Positions 1 to 6,810 of a stretch of 50,366 nucleotides of DNA are shown piece after piece. The notes under the pieces are model-generated. The model ran no database searches. It had not been told where the DNA came from and saw nothing but the letters and a program-made list of their open reading frames with translations. The DNA is taken from IMG/VR virus record IMGVR_UViG_3300045988_165035, positions 1 to 50,366 of that record, one strand, 5' to 3'. The DNA is from a virus. The stretch's first letter is position 1. Every line of letters begins with the position of its first letter. The position numbers were made by a program, and so were the translations under genes.

Positions 1-75
1 ACATTGAAGCCTCGCTAGGAATTCCCCCCGGTACACTGGACGCCGAATGCCCAAATATTCAGATCGAAAAAAAAT
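1..75. repeat. Terminal direct overlap: bases 1-75 are identical to 50292-50366 (circular-assembly closure or terminal redundancy)
   Basis: Read directly. Both ends spell acattgaagcctcgctagg...cagatcgaaaaaaaat. The repressor ORF is continuous and in frame across the junction. Confidence 0.95.
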
Positions 76-512
76 GGGATTCTTCTAAAGCGGAGGCAAC
101 CCGGATTACGGCGCTTGAGGTTCGAAAGGAATATGCCCTCATCAGCCCACCAAAAACTAGCAAAATTAGGCTAATGGAGCTAGACGGCGAGTGGTTATAC
201 GAACAACCCATTGATACTTCAACGCCGGACGAGCTGAAGCTTCTTTCGATGCCCGGCGACAATATGGAGCCAGAGATACTTAAGGGAGCCAGTGTTGTCG
301 TTGATCTCAGGCAACGAGAATTCAATATGAACGGTATATTTGCCGTTGCCTACAGTGGCTCAATATTTGTTCATCGAGTTCAAGTGCAACCCGGCGGCAA
401 ATTTGTTTTGTGGTCTGATAACAAAAAATATGAACCCATCCGCCTTGACAACTTGGATGGGATTTTCATTATCGGTCGGTGCATCTTAGTAAACAATCCG
501 CACGGAATATAA
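3..512 (+). CDS. CI/LexA-like repressor, C-terminal part (S24 peptidase-like fold); continuation of 50132..50366 across the circular junction
   Basis: The frame is open from base 3 and in phase with 50132 (the offset across the junction is a multiple of 3). PGDNMEPEI occupies the GDSMxP position. FVHRV lies 37 aa later, at the (V/L)-K-R position. Confidence 0.8.
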   Translation: MEASLGIPPGTLDAECPNIQIEKKWDSSKAEATRITALEVRKEYALISPPKTSKIRLMELDGEWLYEQPIDTSTPDELKLLSMPGDNMEPEILKGASVVVDLRQREFNMNGIFAVAYSGSIFVHRVQVQPGGKFVLWSDNKKYEPIRLDNLDGIFIIGRCILVNNPHGI

Positions 513-534
513 AAAAATCCCCCTCCCCTTATTT

Positions 535-558
535 AGCTCGCTGTTGCGGGCTTTTTTG
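535..558 (+). terminator. Rho-independent terminator after the repressor gene
   Basis: Hairpin agctcgc-tgtt-gcgggct (one G.U pair) followed by TTTTTT, about 20 nt after the stop codon. Confidence 0.6.
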
Positions 559-621
559 TTGCTTTTTTGATTGAGATCAATGGGATATTAGTTCCGCTCG
601 CCCAAAGAGTTTCCCATAAAG

Positions 622-650
622 TTGACTTCTGGTGAGATATTTGGTTAAAT
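622..650 (+). promoter_or_regulatory. Candidate early promoter with two operator-like direct repeats
   Basis: TTGACT(622-627), 17 nt, TTAAAT(645-650). CTGGTGAG(629) and TTGGTTAA(641) lie 12 bp apart. The same two 8-mers, with the same 12-bp spacing, occur at 50001-50020. Confidence 0.4.
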
Positions 651-717
651 GTCGGTTGTTCAAACGGGCAACGTAATTCACCCGTATTGATAACATTCCA
701 TATCGGAGCCAACCATC

Positions 718-1005
718 ATGTCAACCCTCACCACCTCCACCATCAGCGTTGCGGCCTTCCTCGAAATCGCAAAGAGGCAAGCCCGCGACCTCGCCCACGA
801 TGCCACCATCGAAATCAACCTCGCAGGTCTCCGGGAAATCTACAAAGCGTTCGACACCCTCCACTACACGGTGTGCCCGATTGTCTTCAAGGCAGAAGGA
901 GAAGACCGCGCAGAACTCATCGCCCAGTGGAAAGCTGAAGAAAAGGCTTTTGTAGACGCCTACTACGCCGCCCAGCACAAGCTCCTCAACGAATGGTACC
1001 TCTAA
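718..1005 (+). CDS. Hypothetical early protein (95 aa)
   Basis: ATG ORF with a GGAG box about 10 nt upstream. No recognisable motif. Confidence 0.6.
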   Translation: MSTLTTSTISVAAFLEIAKRQARDLAHDATIEINLAGLREIYKAFDTLHYTVCPIVFKAEGEDRAELIAQWKAEEKAFVDAYYAAQHKLLNEWYL

Positions 1006-1015
1006 GGAGACCGAC

Positions 1016-1258
1016 ATGATCATCAGCAACCACGCCGTAAAAGATTCCTACACCCTCGCCGTCAACAGCCTTATTAGCGAATGCAAGTACACCACCGCCC
1101 TCGAAACGCTCACCAACGAAATCGAGCCGCAGTTCCGCGCCATCCGGGCGCTTATTACGGACATCATCGCCAGGTGCCCTCAACGTCGACATGGATTACG
1201 ACGACTGGAACGAATTCCTCGGCGGTTTAGAGCGCGATTTCTACACCGCCCGAGATGA
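1016..1258 (+). CDS. Hypothetical early protein; the 3' part is doubtful (possible frameshift or overlapping 36-aa ORF 1191..1301)
   Basis: The first ~55 aa look protein-like. The tail is Arg-rich junk-like (RRHGLRRLERIPRRFRARFLHRPR). The alternative frame from ATG 1191 reads MDYDDWNEFLGGLERDFYTARDEAFRRLITITKKGE. Confidence 0.4.
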   Translation: MIISNHAVKDSYTLAVNSLISECKYTTALETLTNEIEPQFRAIRALITDIIARCPQRRHGLRRLERIPRRFRARFLHRPR

Positions 1259-1303
1259 AGCCTTCCGCCGCCTTATCACCATCACGAAAAAAGGGGAATA
1301 GCC

Positions 1304-1519
1304 ATGAAAACGCTCAAGGAAATGGTTGAACTCGCAGATAAACAGCCGGACACCATCGTCCGCAACGTCGTCAACCTTGCTTACTTCGGAATGGTCAACG
1401 ATGACGAATCGGACGCCGACAACTTCACCGCAGACGATCTCGCCAACACGATTCGGAAATTCGGCCTCACTCCGGAGGCTGCGGCTACCGCGTTGAACTG
1501 GATCGAGATCAACAAGTAG
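1304..1519 (+). CDS. Hypothetical early protein (71 aa, acidic)
   Basis: ATG preceded by AAAGGGGAA. No motif. Confidence 0.6.
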   Translation: MKTLKEMVELADKQPDTIVRNVVNLAYFGMVNDDESDADNFTADDLANTIRKFGLTPEAAATALNWIEINK

Positions 1520-1528
1520 GAGCTAACG

Positions 1529-1780
1529 ATGAAGAAGGAACTCGAACTCAACCTGCGCGGCACCTTCAATGACGCCACGGAAAGCCTGCGCTCGGCGCCC
1601 AACCGGGATGCCGCCATTAAATGGCGCGGCGTCTGCCTGGGCTTTCTCAATGCGCTTACCTGCATGGAAGAGGAACTGGCGGCTGACAAGGCGAAGGAAT
1701 ACCGAGCTCTCCGCGAATCCATTACGCCCCGCCTTGCAGCGGCAACGAAAGAAGCCATCAAGAAATTCGGGATCCTCTAA
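1529..1780 (+). CDS. Hypothetical early protein (83 aa)
   Basis: ATG preceded by TAGGAG. No motif. Confidence 0.6.
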   Translation: MKKELELNLRGTFNDATESLRSAPNRDAAIKWRGVCLGFLNALTCMEEELAADKAKEYRALRESITPRLAAATKEAIKKFGIL

Positions 1781-1790
1781 GGACAAAACC

Positions 1791-1967
1791 ATGACACTCG
1801 CAGACCTCTTCATTGAACCGACTCCCCGAGCCTACCGCGAATGCTTCCCCCACCGCCGGGGGTGGAACTGGCGGCCTTGGGTTCGGGCCGCCGCCGAAGC
1901 CGCAGCTTGGATTGCCTTCCTTTCAGTACTGATCGGGCTAATGGGAACCCCTATGCCGACCCCGTAG
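1791..1967 (+). CDS. Small membrane protein (58 aa)
   Basis: Internal ATG of ORF 1569..1967, preceded by AAGGA. One hydrophobic helix AAAWIAFLSVLIGLMG. Confidence 0.5.
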   Translation: MTLADLFIEPTPRAYRECFPHRRGWNWRPWVRAAAEAAAWIAFLSVLIGLMGTPMPTP

Positions 1968-2631
1968 GCAACCAAAAGGCCGCGAGCCTTTTGGCGAGCC
2001 GCCCGCCCGAAGTGAGACGAAGGTAATGATTCTTTCACTGGGCGGCTCACCAAAAAGCCCGAGGGTACGCGTTACCCAAGGCCAACAATAGGCGGACGAC
2101 TGAACGATCCGTCAGAAGGCGTGAAAGACGCCGCGCTCAGATGCTTGCATGGCACACAAGTTGTGGGCGAGAGGCCTCAGCCAAGAGGACGCCGAAGCGA
2201 ACGCCACAGGGCGGCACGCGGTGCTTAACAACACCCCTGCTTCGGTAAAGCGCTGTTATTTGCGCCGCGGACGTTTTTTCTCCATGACTTTCAACCGAAC
2301 GCGACGCAAATAAGAACGCTTGAATGGGTCTTTTTAGGAACGTACGAAAAAATCGTACGTTTGGCAAAGAAGTTAAGCGGCTTTTTCGTGCCTTTTGATC
2401 TGCGGCCAAAGCGAGACGTTCTTTCTACACATCTCATCCGTTTCGCTGTGGTGAGAACACAGGCCGCAGATCAAAGGGCGCCGAACGGAGTGTGTGTAGT
2501 TTCGAGGTGGAAGGCGCGGGGTACCTACCGACATGGCCCTGCGTTCTAAACGGGCAGGTGATCACCAGTTAACCAGCCCGTGCGCGTCGTTCCAAGCGCC
2601 CGTCCCCTTTCTTCCTTCAACGGAGTTTTCC
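1968..2631 (+). other. ORF-free, hairpin-dense intergenic region inside the early operon (candidate structured RNA or regulatory region)
   Basis: No convincing ORF on either strand over 664 bp. Perfect stems include ccaaaaggc/gccttttgg (1972-1994), gagccgccc/gggcggctc (1996-2048), aacgtacga/tcgtacgtt (2339-2361) and gatctgcggcc/ggccgcagatc (2397-2471). Confidence 0.5.
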
Positions 2632-2883
2632 ATGTCACCTATTCCGGTAACGGAAATCACGGAGGCCGCCCGTCTGGCAATCCTGACGGGGCTTGCTTCT
2701 CAATTCAAGGTCGCCACAAACGGCGAATTTCTCAACCTTCAGCCGCTTTTGCAGATAGCGGAGCGTCTTGGATTTCGGCAGGAGCCGATAGCACCACCTC
2801 CCCGGCCGAGGCCGCCGGCGCCGAAACCACCGGCTAGTCGGACTATCGAAGATGAATACAACCAGTGGCGCTACCGCGAGTAG
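2632..2883 (+). CDS. Hypothetical protein with Pro-rich C-terminus (83 aa)
   Basis: Internal ATG of ORF 2533..2883, preceded by GGAG. Contains PPPRPRPPAPKPP. Confidence 0.55.
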   Translation: MSPIPVTEITEAARLAILTGLASQFKVATNGEFLNLQPLLQIAERLGFRQEPIAPPPRPRPPAPKPPASRTIEDEYNQWRYRE

Positions 2884-2893
2884 CGCCTTTTTT
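2867..2893 (+). terminator. Rho-independent terminator overlapping the end of the 2632..2883 gene
   Basis: 8-bp perfect stem ggcgctac/gtagcgcc, loop cgcga, then TTTTTT. Confidence 0.75.
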
Positions 2894-2900
2894 GGAGATT

Positions 2901-2921
2901 TACGCGGGTAATACGCGGGTA
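2901..2921 (+). repeat. Tandem direct repeat TACGCGGGTA x2 (11-bp period) just upstream of the Sak4-like gene
   Basis: TACGCGGGTA at 2901-2910 and 2912-2921, between the terminator and ATG 2939. Confidence 0.8.
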
Positions 2922-2938
2922 TTTTTGGAGAACAACTG

Positions 2939-3706
2939 ATGAGCTACGGAACGTTAATTCTTGGAGAAAGCGGATCTGGGAAAACCGCAAGCCTCCGCAA
3001 CCTCGACCCGGCAAAGACGCTGCTGATTCAGCCAGTAAGAAAGCCGCTTCCCTTCCGCGCGAAGGGCTGGAAAGAGTACCGAGACCGCAACGGCGGAAAC
3101 ATCATGGTCACTGACCAGGCCGCTGAAATCGTCAAGATCATGCAAATGACGAAACGCGACATCATCGTCATCGACGACTGGCAGTACATCCTCGGCTTTC
3201 AGTATATGCACAGCGCCACCACAAAATTCAAGCAGGGAGAGGTGTTCGAGTTTTACAAAAAGATCGGCTTCGACGGCTTCTCTATTGCGGAACAAGCGAC
3301 GCTCCTGGCTCCTAACAAACGGGTCTACATATTGGCTCACACAGCGACAGACGACTTCGGACGTGTCGGCATCAAAACGCTCGGGAAGATGCTCGACGAC
3401 AAGATCGTTATCGAGGGGATGTTTACTACAGTGCTCCGGACGAAGGTCGAGGGCGGGCGGTACCTTTTCTCAACACAGACGAACGGAAATGACACAGTAA
3501 AAAGTCCAATGGGCCTTTTTGAAGACGCCACGATTCCAAACGATTTAGCCGCGGTCGATAAGGCCATCTGCGACTACTACGACATAGAAACGGCACCAGC
3601 TGAAACACCGGCCTCGGCGCCCGTCTCGAAGCATCAACCCTTACCACCTACTGAGATACCTGAAGACATTACGGAAACGATAGAACCCGAAAACATCAAC
3701 GCTTGA
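2939..3706 (+). CDS. Sak4-like RecA-family ATPase (AAA_24-type recombination protein)
   Basis: Walker A GESGSGKT at the N-terminus and Walker B IIVIDD. The size and position next to an SSB-like gene fit phage Sak4 modules. Confidence 0.7.
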   Translation: MSYGTLILGESGSGKTASLRNLDPAKTLLIQPVRKPLPFRAKGWKEYRDRNGGNIMVTDQAAEIVKIMQMTKRDIIVIDDWQYILGFQYMHSATTKFKQGEVFEFYKKIGFDGFSIAEQATLLAPNKRVYILAHTATDDFGRVGIKTLGKMLDDKIVIEGMFTTVLRTKVEGGRYLFSTQTNGNDTVKSPMGLFEDATIPNDLAAVDKAICDYYDIETAPAETPASAPVSKHQPLPPTEIPEDITETIEPENINA

Positions 3707-3781
3707 CGTATTCCCGGTCGAAAGGCCGGGAATTTGCGAATTCATACCCATACATTTTTATTCACATTTGAGGATTTTTAG

Positions 3782-4459
3782 ATGATTACCTCGTTCAACA
3801 CTTCTCGCGAAAATGCTTCTTCGACGGACGCCACCCCTACTATTCGCGAGCCTGGAAAGTACATCTGCACGATCGTAATGGCCGACACTTTCGAACGCCA
3901 CACGCAGAACGGAGACTACCAGTTCGTTCGCTTCCTTTTGCAGAACGATCAGAAACAACGCGCAACCATCGAACTTTGCGTCGCCGGCGGTAAAAGCGAA
4001 TGGCAGAAAAAGCAGTTCGACGCCCTTTGCGTTTGCGCTAACGTCACGAACCCCAATTTCGTTAAGGCCAATATTAAAAACCACCGCCGCGGCGTTGCAG
4101 ACGAACAGGTGGTTGAAGGCTACCGTTGCCGAGAACTTGAAAACAAGCGCATCGGCGTACTTCTTCAGCGTGTCTGGCGCGACTGGGTCGATAACCGCTC
4201 GGGCGAACTTCGCGAATCCTTCGACCTGACTTTAGTTAAGCCGTTCGATCCTGAAACGGAACGAACGGCATCGGAAATTATTCAGAACGTAGAAAAGCCC
4301 ACAAAGTTGGCTGCAGCCATTGAAGGCGCGATGAAAGATCGAGATCTGCGCAAAGGCGCCGGAAATAACCAACGCCCGGCATCTTCTAGCGGCACCTCCA
4401 CCTCTGCGCCTGCCGCTCATGCCTCCACCCCCGTCTACGACGAGGATTGCCCGTTCTAA
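3782..4459 (+). CDS. Phage single-stranded DNA-binding protein-like
   Basis: Gly/Ser/Ala-rich tail ending in DEDCPF, resembling the bacterial SSB acidic tip DDDIPF. Adjacent to the Sak4-like ATPase. Confidence 0.6.
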   Translation: MITSFNTSRENASSTDATPTIREPGKYICTIVMADTFERHTQNGDYQFVRFLLQNDQKQRATIELCVAGGKSEWQKKQFDALCVCANVTNPNFVKANIKNHRRGVADEQVVEGYRCRELENKRIGVLLQRVWRDWVDNRSGELRESFDLTLVKPFDPETERTASEIIQNVEKPTKLAAAIEGAMKDRDLRKGAGNNQRPASSSGTSTSAPAAHASTPVYDEDCPF

Positions 4460-4497
4460 CCACTGCCGCCCCCGGAAACGGGGGCAAAGGATGAAAA

Positions 4498-4758
4498 ATG
4501 ATTGAAGTGAAAATCCCCGAAGATTCGTCGCTGGTGTTTGATTTCGACAAGAACAACGAAGAGAAGCCCGTCTCCATCGGCGTTTCGTACATCGAGCCAG
4601 GTCAATTTAACAAAACGATGGTGGTTTTGGCACAGCTCAACGGCGCCCAACTCAAAGACGTAGTCAGCCAAATTCTTGAAGCGAAAAACCAACTGCTCAA
4701 AGCCTGCACCGTGCTGGAAAAGCGCAAGGAATTAAGCGAAAGCGGCCTGTCTGTCTGA
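4498..4758 (+). CDS. Hypothetical protein (86 aa)
   Basis: ATG preceded by AAAGGA. A GAAA-tetraloop hairpin (4468-4485) lies upstream. Confidence 0.6.
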   Translation: MIEVKIPEDSSLVFDFDKNNEEKPVSIGVSYIEPGQFNKTMVVLAQLNGAQLKDVVSQILEAKNQLLKACTVLEKRKELSESGLSV

Positions 4759-4775
4759 TCTACTCAAGGAGAAAC

Positions 4776-5093
4776 ATGAAGTTCGTGATTCCGCGCCGAA
4801 TAGATTTGGATCGATGGACTCTCGTCAACGTCACTATCGAGGCCATTGAGGTGGTACACGACCTCGAGGCCTCGAAAAAATCCCAACTTGAGACAAAGCT
4901 TACCGCCAACGAACTCAAATTTTTGGCTCAACAGATTAACAAGCGGGCGTCTATATCTTCGAACCACGAATCGGAGATTTCCACCCCTTCAGATGGAGAA
5001 AAACATGATTGCAACCAACGGCGAGAAATTAGAGCACCTGAGGGTTACGCAAAACAGTGCCAGCTCCGGCTGCGTGCAAATCGACTTAAGTAA
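4776..5093 (+). CDS. Hypothetical protein (105 aa); the 3' end overlaps the next gene by 89 nt
   Basis: ATG preceded by AAGGAGAA. The C-terminal third may be non-genuine. Confidence 0.45.
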   Translation: MKFVIPRRIDLDRWTLVNVTIEAIEVVHDLEASKKSQLETKLTANELKFLAQQINKRASISSNHESEISTPSDGEKHDCNQRREIRAPEGYAKQCQLRLRANRLK

Positions 5094-5337
5094 CCGGTGG
5101 ACATGGACGCCGTACCGCATAAAAGACACCATCAACGCCCCAAAAGCCAACGGCCTTTACTTAGTGTCTATGAAGTACGCGGAGAATCCCAAACCAATCA
5201 CATACATTCTTTATTACGACACTGACGGCAAATATTGGGTGAACTCTATGGGAGAAGATTTCGAAGAAGACGGCTCTGAAGTGTTCGCTTGGCGGGCACT
5301 CCCCGCCCCTTACAACGCATCGGAGGAAAGAAAATGA
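5005..5337 (+). CDS. DUF551-like protein (110 aa)
   Basis: Internal ATG preceded by GGAG. The C-terminus VFAWRALPAPY matches the DUF551 signature W-x-x-L/P-P-x-P-Y. Confidence 0.6.
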   Translation: MIATNGEKLEHLRVTQNSASSGCVQIDLSNRWTWTPYRIKDTINAPKANGLYLVSMKYAENPKPITYILYYDTDGKYWVNSMGEDFEEDGSEVFAWRALPAPYNASEERK

Positions 5338-5759
5338 TTCGCTATAAGTTAAAAGACAGAGAACTCCAGGCGGCCTATGAAAAGTGTCTCAAGGATTTTG
5401 ATCATCATCTGCAAATTGCCTGCGAAGGCTTTGATGACGAAGAAGAGACCGTTGTTCTGCACCATCTTTGCAAGATGACCGACAAGCCGCTGATTGCCTG
5501 GGAATTAACCATCAGCAAGAAGGAAATCGAGCCCGTAGAAGAGTACGACCCTCACGCGTGGAACAACTACCCGAAAGTGACGCCGCCCGAAGGTGTTCTG
5601 ATGCGAATCGAAGGCCAATATGCCAAGCGTCCAGAACTCGAATATTACGGCGCCTTAATGTATCTCGAAGGCGCGTGGCATTTCGCCGACACAGTTGAAA
5701 TCGCCGACAACGTAATAGTAGAACGCTTCCGCCCGTGGGATGATGAGTCCGCGAAATGA
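5334..5759 (+). CDS. Hypothetical protein with DUF551-like C-terminal half (141 aa)
   Basis: ATGA stop/start overlap with the previous gene, with GGAGG upstream. Contains WNNYPKVTPPEGVLMRIEG...RFRPWDD. Confidence 0.65.
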   Translation: MIRYKLKDRELQAAYEKCLKDFDHHLQIACEGFDDEEETVVLHHLCKMTDKPLIAWELTISKKEIEPVEEYDPHAWNNYPKVTPPEGVLMRIEGQYAKRPELEYYGALMYLEGAWHFADTVEIADNVIVERFRPWDDESAK

Positions 5760-5828
5760 TCGAAACCAAGCGCGAAATCATCGCCTGGGCGGAACTGCAG
5801 AAGGGCAGCAAACGAGAGGATCCGCAAA

Positions 5829-6029
5829 ATGCTTGAGTGGACAAAAGTCGAATGGCACAGCTCAGGAAAACCGTCAGAGCCGGGCGATTACCTTGTCACC
5901 ATCGATGACGGCACCGGCAAACGCCTTGTCGCCGTCTGCGAATACGTTCCGATATACGGCTGGGGCGACTATTCCGCCGACATCATCAAGGCGTGGGCAC
6001 CCTTCCCTTCACCGAGTGAGATGAATTAA
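5829..6029 (+). CDS. DUF551-like small protein (66 aa)
   Basis: Contains WTKVEW...GDYLVTIDDG...IKAWAPFPSP. Confidence 0.6.
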   Translation: MLEWTKVEWHSSGKPSEPGDYLVTIDDGTGKRLVAVCEYVPIYGWGDYSADIIKAWAPFPSPSEMN

Positions 6030-6031
6030 CT

Positions 6032-6595
6032 ATGTTTACCACAAAACCTATCAATATCGATTACGAAGCCATTGCCGCCATCTGCGGCCTGCCTGTCAAC
6101 AAAGACTACCTCGACAAAGCACCGGAAAAGGACGAAGACCGTCCCGACTACGATCAGGGCATCATCCTTGTCCGCCGTGCCGACGAAGAATTGCTCGTAC
6201 GTGTCGCTTCTAGCGACGGCGACGATGCAGTGCTTGAAGACTATGAAGCAAAAGACCTCGCCGACGCAATTCTGAAGGCTTCCGCCGATTGTAAAAAGAT
6301 GCAGAAGGCTCGCATCAAATGGTGTATTGCGAAATTTAAAAACATGAAGGATCCCGAGGTGGTTCCCCAGGGGAAAGAAGTCGGACGCACTTACGAGTTC
6401 GGCGATTACTTTATCTCGCTGACGATTCAGAACACAGATAAGGGACGCGCTCGTTTGTGTTGCATTATGAAAGATTGTGACATCGACACTTTAGTGATGA
6501 AGCATTCCACCGACCTCACGCTTTCCGAAGAGGTTGCAGCCGCTGAGTTGAAGGCGTACCTGATCGATCAAGAAAACCGGAAGGACGAAAAATGA
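6032..6595 (+). CDS. Hypothetical acidic protein (187 aa)
   Basis: Long ORF, tightly packed against its neighbours. No motif. Confidence 0.7.
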   Translation: MFTTKPINIDYEAIAAICGLPVNKDYLDKAPEKDEDRPDYDQGIILVRRADEELLVRVASSDGDDAVLEDYEAKDLADAILKASADCKKMQKARIKWCIAKFKNMKDPEVVPQGKEVGRTYEFGDYFISLTIQNTDKGRARLCCIMKDCDIDTLVMKHSTDLTLSEEVAAAELKAYLIDQENRKDEK

Positions 6596-6810
6596 AAGAC
6601 CGCATTAAGTGGACGGCCTACCCCGCCCACAAACCCCGGGCGCCAGGGAGGTATTTCGTCACGCATCAAGAAGGATCCGAACGCTACGTCGTTCTCGACC
6701 GATTCCTTGAAAACGGCACCTTTGCCTCAGAGGTTGTGGGAATGAAGATTCTCGCGTGGGCGCCGATCAAAACCCCAAAACCATACGGGGGAAAAAATGG
6801 GACGGAATAA
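6592..6810 (+). CDS. DUF551-like small protein (72 aa)
   Basis: ATGA overlap with the previous gene. Contains IKWTAYP...GRYFVTHQEG...ILAWAPIKTPKPY. Confidence 0.6.
   Translation: MKDRIKWTAYPAHKPRAPGRYFVTHQEGSERYVVLDRFLENGTFASEVVGMKILAWAPIKTPKPYGGKNGTE

Noticed and set aside
2137-2549. ORFs 2137..2409 (-) and 2361..2549 (+) inside the ORF-free island.
   Set aside because: They have no ribosome-binding site and a junk-like composition. One starts at TTG and both overlap the long perfect stems. They are not treated as genes.
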